DNA of 64,000 nt from Lama glama (lineage: Eukaryota). Position 1 is the first letter of the stretch, and the number at the start of each line of letters is the position of its first letter. Position numbers and translations under genes: made by a program. Positions 12,418-24,490 of this stretch are shown here, piece after piece. The stretch spans positions 186,001-250,000 of the forward strand of contig JAPYYK010000270.1 in the NCBI GenBank assembly GCA_028534125.1, given 5' to 3'. Under the pieces are notes generated by a model. That model was not told the DNA's origin. It searched no databases and worked only from the letters and a program-made list of their open reading frames with translations.

Positions 12418-13549
12418 CTATAAATAAAAGTATTGGAAGGTGAACAATAGTGCCGCGCACGCTTTAATACAGTACCCGTTGCTGTTCCTGTTATTTTGAA
12501 ACGAAACAGGGGTTCCTAATATTCACCTGGATGTACGTAAATACTCTGAAACACTGAACAGAATGTAAATTGCATTGCAAATGTAAGTTTTTGTGCAGTA
12601 TAAAGCGCTGTCATTTTTATTTTGAAAACCAAGTGGGGGATCCCTAGTAGAGGTCTGCCTAAATATACTTCAATACCTTGACATTTTGAAAGGCTGGGAA
12701 CACGTGTTTTGTTCTGACACAGTATTTTTATTTTTAATATGAACACAGTGAGTAATTCTTTGTGATGACTAAATTCTATCTAAAAAGCCAATATAATAAG
12801 TACTATGCTGACCGTGAGAAAAGTGTGATAGTTTCCCATCTGACCATCACCTTTAGGGAGGAAGCCACTGATTCACATTTAAGGCTGCATTAATGAAAAT
12901 GCAAATTTGGTGGTAGTTTTTCTTTAGCTTGTGCTCTTGCCATTTTGTTCTCTCGCTGTGTGTTCCACACGAGCTGTACATATGCTTTAATGTCAGCCTA
13001 CATTCACGTCTTCTGAGTTTCTGGAGATTTTTTGGAAATTTAATGAAATATTCTGTATCTTTCCTTTCTCCTCCCTTCCATTTCTTTCATCTGAACTTTT
13101 TCCCTTCAACTAACATGTATTGAGTGTTTTCCTAAGAACTTATGTGGGTTACCAAGGAAAACAGGAGTTTCTGCCCTTCTGAGGTACAGTGGGCCAGAGA
13201 AGATTGATGCCATGAAGAAAGTGCCTTGAAGTATTTTCAATTAGCTCATTTTAAAAAATAAGGAGAAAATGTACGCTGTGTACACTGGAAAATTTCCTGA
13301 AGAAAACTGTTCTGACTTTGGAGCATCTCTTTAGACAAGATGACTTGACAGGTACATATTAAGTGTGTTTGGGGTTTATAATAATAGGAGCCAGTTTATT
13401 TTGTGCTTCACCCATGTCAAATCATGTAATCCTCAAGGTAACCCTTGGTGATAAGAGGAGTAAACTGAGTCAGAGAGGACGAGCGCCTGGTGAAAGGCAC
13501 ACATCCAGGGAAGAGAAGAGCCAGGATTCAGGGTCAGGATCCAGAGCCC

Positions 13550-13925
13550 AGGCTGCTGTGGGCAGAGCGGCCAGCATAACAAAACACTGCAGGTCGAGCG
13601 GCTCAAGTAACAGGAACTTGTTTTCCCCTAGTTCTAGACATCGGAAGTCCACGATCAACGTGCCAGCAGGTTGGCGTCTGGTGAGAGCACGTTCCTGAGG
13701 TTGCAGAAGGTCTGCTCCTCGCTGTGTCCTCACATGGTGGCGAGGGAGAGAGACAGAGGTCTCTCTTCCTCTTCCTATAAGGCCTCCATCCTGGTGGGGC
13801 CCACCCTTCTGAACTCACTTAACCTTAATTACTTGCTCAAGCCGTATCTCTAGACACAGTCACACCGGGGGTTAGGGCTTCAACACTGAATTTGTAGGGG
13901 GTGAGGGGGATACAGTTCAGCCCAC
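13550..13925. mobile_element. MLT1-type MaLR LTR
   Basis: cataacaaaacac...gaagtccacgatcaacgtgccagcagg...gggttagggcttcaaca. Confidence 0.7.
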
Positions 13926-15837
13926 CGAAGCTCCTACCCCATGAGTACTCACAGCTAACAGCTTGTTCTGGGCATCGAGGCCTGCTAGAAAAATGTTTAG
14001 ATTCCCCTAAGAAGATGGACAGCTCAGCAAACAATATTGAAACCCTTGACTCCCCTGACTGGGTGTTCTGAGGACTTGAGAAGTAGTAAGGCCTGTTTAT
14101 TTGGGTTGAGTTGGTTGGGAGCACCTTACCTGCTGGTAGGGGTGGTGAGCGTCTAGAGTGCTGAGCCCAGATGGGGATTGCATTTTCCATCCAACCTTCA
14201 AAAGAAGCTCAGAGACCCCTTTGTCCTCTGCCCCCTGTCTTTGTAAGAGCCCACCTCTCTAGGTCAGCATCCAGCATCACCAACTTTGCTTGAAAGAAGC
14301 AGCCCTGATGTGAGAGGACCCTGTCAGGGAACCAGGGAGGGAGAAAAGAATGATGGATAATTGATGCCACTTTTTTTTTCTTTTCAGAAGGCCTTTATCT
14401 CTTTAAGAAAGTGCTTGGCCTTAACCAGCCAATATATGTGCCTGGGCTGGGAGATTTTGGATAAACTAGTCCCTAAGCCATTCTGAAATAGACGTGTAAA
14501 GACTTAATCATAATACAAAGTTACGGCATCTAAAATGGAAAGTAAAGAGGAAGGCATGTGGTAAGTAGACGTATGTGATGGGGTGTGTTATAACACAGGT
14601 ATTACTTGGATGTACTTTACCTAGGATTGCTATTTTTCAAAAAATTATAATTTGAAAAAAATCACATTAAACTTCTAACAAGGCACTGTGTAAAGTGGAA
14701 CTTGAAAATATCTTTGAAAGAAATACATTGTATGTAACTTGCTGCTTCCCCTCCCTACCAGCAAAGAAAGAAATATGGCCACACATGTCTCTGTCAGGAG
14801 AAGCTAGAAGACACTTTACAGCTGATCTTCTAGACTTTTTCCTAAACAAGTATGCCACTGTACACAGTTGTAAAATGGTTCGTACCCACTACTTTGAGGG
14901 ATGGATATGGCTGTGTGATCCTAGAAAGAGGCCTGCTCTTTCTAATATCCCTGGATACACTGAGGCCAAAATTTCCCAGGGAACAAAAAAATCAAGACTA
15001 TAGCCATGTCCCTTTGAAGTCCAAGTCCTAGAATGGTTGTCACGGATGGAAATGGTCCCACGAGGTCTTGAAAGGGAATTCTTAATGAGAAGAAGTGATC
15101 TGGGCTGGGGTCCAGCTCATCCCTGAGGTGTGTGGAAGAAATCTGGTCTCATCATTATCATGTAAGTTTGCCTGGACATCCCTTCAGAGTTAGCAAACTG
15201 ACATTAGAGTTATGCTGTGGAAATAATAGCTGGGCCGTAACATATAAATGCACAAAAATGTCATCTTGATGTTGCAAGAAAGTGGTGCCACTCAGCCCTT
15301 TCCAGAGAACTGACAACTGAAGCAAATAAAGATGCTTCCTATTAATAAAGATTTTTTTATACAGTTATAAAAAGAAACTAGGGACCCCGCTGGTGAACAC
15401 ATCACGGAATTACTGCCTGGATTCTGAAAACTGGATTGACCACCTTTGGCTGAACAAGCCACTACCTCCCTACCCCGCAACCAAATCCCTAAATAGTTTC
15501 AGAGAGCCTTTTGAGCTTTTTACTTTGTGGCCATCTCAAACACACTCTGCACAGCAGCTGTTTTGGAGTAAAGCAAAAAGACCATTCCCAGACACTGATT
15601 ATTCCTACTCCCTGTGGTTCATTTACACACAGGCCCATTAATACCATTTTATAATTCTTTAGGGCATTTTAATACCTCATAGTAAAATTATTTGTATGTG
15701 TGTATCTGTCTGTCTCTGGCTCTCTTTTTCTCTCTCTATATAGATATATATTATATATGTATTTATATACAGTGTGTATTTCTAAATACTGAGCCAAATT
15801 AAGCTATTTCATAAATAATACAGCACAAAAACACAGA

Positions 15838-16080
15838 AGGGGGTGGGAAAGGATAAACTAGGAGTTCAAGATTTGCAGACACTAACTAATATACATACAA
15901 CAGATAAACAACAAGTTCATACTGTATAGCACAGGGAATGATATTCAGTATCTTGTTGTAACTTATGGTGAAAAAGAATATGAAAATGAGTATATGTATG
16001 TTCATGTATGACTAGGGCACTGTGCTGTACACCAGAAATTGACACAACATTGTAAACCAACTATACTTCAATAAAAATAT
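15838..16080 (+). mobile_element. Artiodactyl-type L1 3' end
   Basis: ggataaactaggagttcaagatttgcagac...ctgtatagcacagggaa...ctatacttcaataaaa. Confidence 0.85.
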
Positions 16081-16993
16081 ATACACACACAAAACCCCAT
16101 AGAATGTAAAAAAATACTGCACAAAGCATAATATACCAGTAATTATCTGTTTCCTTTTGCATAAGTAACTTAGAAAATTGTTTACTGTGTATCTCACTCC
16201 AGTAGAAAGTGCACTACATGGGAATAGGGACTGGGTATATCTCATTTAAGTCCACATCCCCAGCTCCTAGAAGTGTCTGGCATATCGCTGGCACTCGTTA
16301 CATGTTGACTGAATAACTGACCGAATAAAAGAAGTGAGGTAAACTTGAAACAATTACAATTCATTTAAATCACTCATTACCAATTAAATTTCAGTTTCTC
16401 TTACATACGATATTTTTGAAAACATAAGATACATCCTTTGTAAAGAAAAATAAGATAGCAGTTTATATTAGATTTACAAAGAATGTATGTGAGTGCTATA
16501 AAATGTTGTTTTTATTGTTATAATTGAATAATTTTTAAAACTCACAGGAAGTAATATTGCGATATGTTGGTGATGACAGATCTTTTATCAGATATTTAAT
16601 AAATTCCTTAAAAATGTATACAGATGTCCAGAAAACTATGCCGCAGAGTTGCAATAACCACTAAAACGTTTTCTTCCAATCAATGTTAAAATTATCTTGA
16701 TAAAAATTTCAGACAATTACTTCGTTTCCAAAATAAGATGGGAATCGAAAAGCATGTTGGATGGGGGTTGGCTGCCCATATTCCAGGCCAGCTTGCAGAG
16801 TGCTGCGGTCTGGGGAAGTTCATCTTTTCCCAGGCAGCAGCTGCCTCGTTAGTAAACAGAAGAAAACAGATTTCTCAAATTGCTTGAAATTTTGATTTTA
16901 AGTACCCTAGTATTTGGCCCTGTGTCTAGCGACTTCACTAGCCCCTAGATCCCGGGCAAACCACGAGCCCTCCCAAAGCAGAACGAGCGGTAC

Positions 16994-17165
16994 CTGCGAT
17001 GCCTTCCGGGCAGGCGGAGCCTGTCAACTCCTGCGCAAGCCCGGCGTTTCCCGTCTGCCTCAGCACAGTCAGGAATGTGGAAAACCAGTTTTCCTTCTGC
17101 ACTATCCTTCTCAGGAGCTCTCTGACCCCTGATTCGTTCCCATTATTTTCTGCAGCAGAAGAAAT
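16994..17165 (-). CDS. IFIH1: IFIH1 coding exon 2 (rest of CARD2)
   Basis: Acceptor ttaaaacag|ATT; [57 protein letters not shown]; donor G|GTACCG; 172 nt, phase 0 to 1. Confidence 0.96.
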
Positions 17166-18509
17166 CTGTTTTAAGAGAGAAGGAGAATTAAAGAAGTCCA
17201 ACATCTTATGAATAAATTTAAACAGGAACTAGCCCTTAGGAAAGTTGAACAATTAAGCCTATGTATAAAGGCTCATATGCAAACACTAAAGAAAACAGTA
17301 ATGCCACCTGTAGCAATTCTGGATTCTAGGGAGGAAAAATGGCTGGACCCAATCCCCCTTGTATATGTGCACCATTTTGTAAGCTGCTGAGATAGTCAAA
17401 CACACTTAGGAAACAGAGGTTTTACCTCTGCCTTTCTGAATAAAGGGTGCAAAAAATTGTCTTTACTCTCTAGCTAAGTTGTGTCTATTTGCATCAATGT
17501 CTTCCTGTACATCTAGGGCTTGCTCTTTCTCTCAACTCATGCAGTCTGCAAATGGGAAATCAAACACTTCTTATCCAACCTCTCTCTTCCCTACTACCAT
17601 TATGGAGTAAGTAACTACCATCACAGATTTACATCCTTCCATATTTGCACCATTTATTATTGCTATAATATTTTTTCTTAAATTTGTGTTTACTTAGTAT
17701 TATAAGGCAAATTCATTTCTATATTCTTTTTTTTTTTACAATATGGGGCAGATTTACTTGTATATCCATTCATTACTATCTTTAGCCTTCATTTAATTTC
17801 TCTTTTAGATTAATCTATAAATCTTTCAAAGTATGGATCATTTGTGTAATCATTAACACAGTGCATCTCCCCAGTTCTTAATACAGTACCAAACATTCAG
17901 AGAAAAGATCACATTTAGACCAGAAAATGAGACAGGACACCAACAGCCTGCTGCGCCACTAGGCAAGCCACTTCATCTCTCCAGACCTCAGCTTCTATGT
18001 GTGTAAAATGAAGCAACTGAAAAGAAATTTTAGGGTTTCTCTATCATAATTGCACACTAGAATCATTGAGAGAGAAACAGAAAATACTGATGTCTGGAAT
18101 CTGTGCCTAGATATTCTGATTTGTTCACACTGGGAAACCAGAATTTTTTTTTCCCGAAAGCATCTCTTGATTTTAATCAGCAGATTAGGTGAGAAATATT
18201 GACTTACATACTCTTAAAGGTCCTTCTCAACATTTACCCATCTTCTACATGTATAATTTGGACTGTTCAGCAAGATCGTTTCTTACAAAATTTGTGTATA
18301 TCCTAGTCCTGTAAATATATTCCATAACCTTTTAACGTCAGGAATTTGCAGTTTTGGAACAATGCCTGGTACAAATTCAGTGTTAGCTATTATTCAGGAT
18401 GACTGGGAAAAGCATCTATCTTTACAAACATTTCACCAGCAGACACTACTTAGTACAAGATTATACAGCATGATTTCTACCCAACAGATATGTTCGTCTT
18501 ACTAGCTAA

Positions 18510-18715
18510 TAGTTAATTATGTTATTGCAAAGGCTTTGAATATAGCAACCCAACAACTCTGAAGGAGGTACCAATATTAACCCATTTTACAGATCAGAAA
18601 TCCAAGGCTCAGAGAAGTCCATATATCTTCGTAAGTCCACAAAGCTAGTAAATGGTAGGGGCAGTATTTGATCCCAGGCAGCTGGCTTCTGAGACCAAAT
18701 ACTGCCTTCCTGAGC
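18510..18715 (-). mobile_element. MIR SINE
   Basis: cccattttacagat...aggctcagagaagt...tttgatcccaggcag. Confidence 0.7.
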
Positions 18716-21700
18716 TATAATCATAGCTAATAATTGTCTCAATTTGAAATTCATTTTCTGAAAAGAAGTGATTTTAAAACGATTCCTTGACTTAATAAAA
18801 TTTAGGTGATTTCAGTCTACCTCCCCCACAGCATTTCTAAGCAGATTCTTGCTCATTTCCCATTTTTCTCGAACTTCATTAATTTTCTAATGGAAATTCT
18901 TTGTCTTCTGTGGTGTGTGTAACATCTTTATTATTATCCGTTAATTTAAGCAATAGTTGCTGAAGATGTTAAATGAGACTGGTCTGAGCACCTTCTTTTA
19001 ACTCAGCCATTTCCATTTTTAATTATCCCATCCTTTAATCATCTTTAAATTCATTCCACAAAAGTAATCAGAAAGAATTTCTCTGAAATGAACAAGCGGA
19101 GCACTGTAATAAGTACTTTTATTTTAAAACCTAAGCATATTATATCCACTAAATTTTCCTTAGCTACTAATCAGTTAGTTGATCTTCCCTGTAGAATCAC
19201 ATTTGTCAAGCTTGCTTTGTCCTTGCTGAGTTCAGGCATTTGAGAATCATTATGCCATTATTTCCTACAAGTATTTTCACTATTTGCACGTGGAAATATA
19301 TAAAATGCCTGTGCAATTTTAGCAGCTTCATCAAGGGTCTGAATTTTAAGAAATCTTCCTAGCTTGAGTGCTAGAAATTCATTGTGATGCAACACTATTT
19401 TTTTAACATAATCTGTTCTCCTGAAACACAGGGGAAATATTAAATCCCAATATATACCTTTAATTACTGAAATCCTAGGAAACTGAGTATTTTGACTTGA
19501 GACTGAAACAGGACATATAAAGATTCCCAGTCTTATTCCTTCCCCACTGAAGGTTTTCTCTGAATATGAAGTTTAAAATGTCTATGGATACATTGTTAAC
19601 TAATTTATAGAGTATAAAATAAATGTGAATATGTGGATAATATAATCCAATGCTTTCATATTCTGAATTCTCTGATCTATATTTTTTCTTTCCAACACTA
19701 ATCGGTGGAGAAACCAGTGATATTTCTTTGAAGCACTGGGTTGCCAACACAATTGTAAAGTTTGATAAAAATGCTTTCTCCCCTCAGAACAATCTTAGAT
19801 AGCTATTTAAATATAATGGTGACTTTTTAATATAGCAGAGCTCAACTCTCAGTACCAGCAAATCAGGAAGCAAAACTCATATGTTAGAAACAAAGGATTT
19901 TCAAGGACAAGTTAATGCCTTTCTGAATGAGTATGTGTTGTCATATTGACATAAGTGAGTTCTTACTAGTACTTTTTCTTGCTGATAAAATTCTTATCCA
20001 TTCTAATTTAGCTGACAGTACAATGAGCTGGAGGGAGACCGACTCAGACACTCAACCTCATGTAGACAGAGCTGGAGGGTTTCTACCTGGACTGATGAAA
20101 CTCTCTCTGGTTCTCCCGTGTAAACGAAAGCTATATGGGGTCTTCCAGGACCATAGATGTTTAACGCTTGAACTGGCCAAGGGTGAAACACGCAGGTTGC
20201 TTAAGCTGTTCTGACTGATATTAAGACACTATGAAAATGTTTATATGGTCCAGAGCTCATGGCTAAGTCATGGACGTGCTAAGGTGATAGCATCCTAGAC
20301 AGAAGCAGCTCAGCACAGGGCGCTCCCTTACGGCTAGGGATCGTTCTACTGCAATAATTCATAAAGCGACTCTTGTCTTTATTGCCGAGTCTCCAGTGTT
20401 TACAATAGTGCCTCACATACACTAGGCATTCTTTAACTATTTGTTAGAAAATGAACACTGACCAATACTGCATCATAAACTCCATGAACACACAGACAGT
20501 ATTACTGTTACTCTCCAATCTTTTCAGCCATAGCATGGTATCTGGCATACGGAACCACTCCATAAATTTAAACCAAATGAATAAATCATCAATCAATTAA
20601 ATAAATTTCTTCAGCTTCTTGCTGGATACAAAACTAAATCTAGGGTCATTTTTAGAAGCTCTGATGTAAGGGGGGCAGGGATTGCAAGGTGGAAGTGGGA
20701 ATAAGATAACTAGACCAAGTAGAAAATGTCAACTGGAAAACAGGTAAAGAATTAAAATATTTTTAGAAATCCTCATTTCTTAGTTAAGTGCTATTTGAAG
20801 AGGTCAAAGAGGCAAATTTGGAGATCTTATGTTCATCATCCATCCAGGCCCCAATGCTTGGCAAGGCCATTCATCACATCAGGTGTTTTCCATTTCTTAT
20901 TCCAGACAACAATTTGGAAATAAATCCAATCAATCAATACTTAGTAAGCACCAATCTTATACTTAGTTCTAGCTAGGTTCTGGTTTCATCCTTAGTTGAA
21001 AGCATAGTTGCTTCCTCCAATCACAGTTTACTCCAGGGACTTCAGGAGGCAGATCTCAAGTTCAACGTGGGATATTTACCTAAGTCTCTGAAACTTTAAA
21101 GTCACAAGGAAGGGTAACAATATAAATGATGGTAGAAATCATCATCGTATCAAAATGGCTCTTTATTATTTATAAAGCTTTTTCATAAACATTTTTCCTC
21201 ATGTTCACAAACATACTATACGTGAGAGAAGAAATTATTATTAGGTCCACTTTCTAAGTAAATTTAGGATCAACAAACTAAAATAACTTGGCCCTAAGTA
21301 ACACATATAGTGAGATCATAAATCCAGGTCTTGTCATTCCAAATGCCCATCTTTCCCTCCTATACTTTACTGTTATAAGATAAATACTCATCAATGACAC
21401 CGTATCAATGTGCTATAGATTCTTCTAAACCTAGTGTTTCCTTCCCATCATCTGCCATAGCTTACTTTTGATACTGACGGTACACATAAAATGACATGTA
21501 CAAAAACTATTCCATCATCTCACACAGACACTGTTCTTCCTCAGAAACCCTCAAATCCATGGCTCCTCCAGCTTTCAGAGCCTCCTTTGAAATATGAATC
21601 TGAGGGAGAATTTGGGTTGCTTTGGCCTTAACTGCTACTAGGACAGAAATGTNNNNNNNNNNNNNNNNNNNNNNNNNNNNNNNNNNNNNNNNNNNNNNNN

Positions 21701-22650
21701 NNNNNNNNNNNNNNNNNNNNNNNNNNNNNNNNNNNNNNNNNNNNNNNNNNNNNNNNNNNNNNNNNNNNNNNNNNNNNNNNNNNNNNNNNNNNNNNNNNNN
21801 NNNNNNNNNNNNNNNNNNNNNNNNNNNNNNNNNNNNNNNNNNNNNNNNNNNNNNNNNNNNNNNNNNNNNNNNNNNNNNNNNNNNNNNNNNNNNNNNNNNN
21901 NNNNNNNNNNNNNNNNNNNNNNNNNNNNNNNNNNNNNNNNNNNNNNNNNNNNNNNNNNNNNNNNNNNNNNNNNNNNNNNNNNNNNNNNNNNNNNNNNNNN
22001 NNNNNNNNNNNNNNNNNNNNNNNNNNNNNNNNNNNNNNNNNNNNNNNNNNNNNNNNNNNNNNNNNNNNNNNNNCGTTACAGACAACAGTGTAAAGTAATT
22101 TACTTGTTTGGGAAAACCAGCAACAAAATTAGATGCACACTTGGGTCTTTGGACAGGCCTTATGTTTGTCAAGTTGAAAAAGGAGCATTAACTTTAGTCA
22201 CTAAAGAACAAGTCATATTATGGGCTGATAGGAGTCCAACGCCCAGAACTTTGTAAAGAGGATAAAAACAACTGATGAATTAAATGGAAAGAGAGAAAGA
22301 AGGAAAATGTCAAAAAAATAGCATGTTAGAATTCGACCCCCAAAATGGGTTTATTTACCTACATGTCTTTCAAAATAAGACTTCTGACAAATACCCTAAG
22401 TCAGATTCAAATGGCTCATCATTTCTATACTTCACAGTACATCCTCACTCACTGAAAAAACCATGAACAATAAAACAGCACATTAAGTGTAGTCACCTGT
22501 AAAATTCACCCTGTCCAAGTGCCATTAAAAAATCCACTATTCCTTTACTAATATGGAAAACTACAACTATCAACATATTTTTTTCAATTAAATACCTCCA
22601 ATTTTTGGATTCGCAGAGAATGTTGAAATTTTGATTAAAGGAAATAAAAG

Positions 22651-22652
<2 letters not shown>

Positions 22653-22696
<44 letters not shown>
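22653..22696 (+). repeat. (GT)22 microsatellite in IFIH1 intron 1
   Basis: Perfect dinucleotide run of 44 nt. Confidence 0.97.
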
Positions 22697-22698
<2 letters not shown>

Positions 22699-22729
22699 TA
22701 TATAGTTTCCCCATTTGGAACAAAATTAA

Positions 22730-22932
22730 AGATAATAAATATGGCTTTGTGGGCCACATGGTCTCTGTTCAATGGCTCTTGAAGCCCAAGAGCAGTTACA
22801 GCATGTAAATGAATGAGCATGGCTGTGTTTCAATAAAACTTTCTTTATGAACTGAAAATTTTAAAATTTAAACACCATTCTTGGCTTTTGGGTTCGATTT
22901 AGCCCATAGGTTATGGTCTGCTGAACTCTGTT
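22730..22932. mobile_element. MER58A-like hAT-Charlie MITE
   Basis: ggctttgtgggccacatggtctctgtt...gtaaatgaatgagcatggctgtgtttcaataaaact. Confidence 0.7.
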
Positions 22933-23417
22933 CTATGGAACTATACAAAATAAAACATAAATTTCCATATCACCAGGTCCTAAATCCCAAGCTCTGCCCT
23001 GACTTCTCAAGAGACCTTCACAAGTAATTTAAACTGCCTCGGTTATCTCATCTGCAAAACGGTACAGCTAATAACGTTAAAAGCCTCAATAGATTATTTT
23101 GAGGATGAATTCTGGTGATATATTTTGCAAATGATGCTAATTGCACATAGTAAGTGTTTAATGAATGTTACCTAATGGCATACATTATTATTGTTGAGTT
23201 AACGCTTCTTTATTTCAATGAAAGAATTAGAAAAATAACTTTGTGCTTAAATTTTCAAAACTATGTTTTTAAGAGCCTAGATATCCTCTTCTCAAGGAAA
23301 AAGGGAACCAAATTTACCTAAAGACGTCAAAGAACATTGGAAACGGGGCAAACGAAGGAAAAACCCTGAGTTGCAAAATCCACCTAAAAGTCCAGCTCCA
23401 TTTGAATTGATACCTAC

Positions 23418-23873
23418 CCGATTTCTGTCTTCCACTGTCAACAGTGTCTCCTCCACACATTTATCCAAGACATCTGTAACTAGAAGCTTGTCCACCAGTG
23501 TGGGCTGAAGGAGGTTCAGCAGTTGGAGACACTCGTCGTGAGCATTCTCGAAGGATGGGGAGGGCAAGTCGGTGAGCTCCGGGTTCACATAGCGGGCGGC
23601 TAAGGGGTTGCCTGCTCGCCGGAGGGCCTCCACAAATATCCTGTCCCAGCCGAGGGGCCAGACCCCGTTCTCCAAGGTGTTCAGAAGGAGACCAGCTGCC
23701 TGAATGTTCCCGGTGGTGGCAGCCGCCCTTTGAATCCGCTCCTTCACCTCTGCGGGCAGGAAGGTCAGGTAGTCCAGCACCGGCTCCACCTGGATGTATG
23801 TTTTCAGTCTGGGCCTGAAGCACGAGATGAGATAGCAGAAATACTTGTCTGCGGAATTCCCATCCGACGACAT
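23418..23873 (-). CDS. IFIH1: IFIH1 (MDA5) coding exon 1: CARD1 and first half of CARD2
   Basis: Translates [45 protein letters not shown]...LLTVEDRNR, the MDA5 N-terminus. ATG at 23873; 456 nt; donor CGG|GTAGGT at 23417. Confidence 0.98.
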
Positions 23874-24490
23874 CTTTCCTTCTCAGAGGAGCGAGAAAAT
23901 TCTCGCAAGTGGACGGACAAGTTGCTGTTCTCCGCGCCTCGGACGAGACGTGAGTCCCGCAGGGTCTGCAGCACCGCGCCGGACGACGGCGAGGCCCCCG
24001 GGCCGGCGCGCGGGGGCGCAGCGGCACCTGGGCGGGCGGGCGGGACGCGGCGGCGGGCGCGCCGGGCGGACGGGGCGGGCGCGACCCCTCGCGTGTGTGC
24101 GCTGCGCGGCCCGGCGCGGGAGTGGGGCGCCGCCGCTGCGCGCCCGGGAGGGAGCTTCGAGGCCGGCTTTCCGCCAGGAGGTTATATAGTTTCCCTGACT
24201 TGTTTCTGTTTCGATTCTCTTCTTTCAGTAGTTTCCACACGTAATTGGCCGGGCGAGGCGTGTCTGTTTGGTCAGGGAGGGGCCACTCTTTGCTAAGTTC
24301 TGGCGAGATGAGTCCTTTGGTTAAAGGGCAAGGGAAAAGGAAAGCGAATTCTCTCTCCCACCGAGTAAGGATCGCTCCAGTAGTGTACGCGGGTATTTGT
24401 CTGTCTTGCAGGGTTTGGCCCCAAAATGCAGGTTTCTTTGCCACGGCCGTCTCGCTTCACCCTGGGCGTGAAAGCCCGTGATTGGAGACT
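23500..24490. promoter_or_regulatory. IFIH1: IFIH1 CpG island / promoter and 5' UTR
   Basis: Very GC- and CpG-rich stretch over exon 1 and upstream; GC boxes; minus-strand CCAAT at ~24481-24485. Confidence 0.9.
24202..24216 (-). promoter_or_regulatory. Proximal ISRE/IRF element of IFIH1
   Basis: Minus strand AATCGAAACAGAAAC (GAAANNGAAA) just upstream of the GC-rich 5' UTR; IFIH1 is an established interferon-stimulated gene. Confidence 0.8.

Noticed and set aside
20308-20326. CTCF-like TCAGCACAGGGCGCT (also weak hits at ~33620, ~37120, ~43590)
   Set aside because: Mismatches at core positions.
23292-23417. C-terminal extension of the 193-aa ORF (VGINSNG...)
   Set aside because: Read-through into intron 1 past a canonical donor; MDA5 homology resumes in exon 2.
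23461-24444. 327-aa minus-strand ORF overlapping IFIH1 exon 1, and plus-strand ORFs 23730-24296 and 23845-24189
   Set aside because: Non-ATG starts and low-complexity Arg/Pro/Ala/Gly content typical of stop-poor CpG islands; no recognisable protein.
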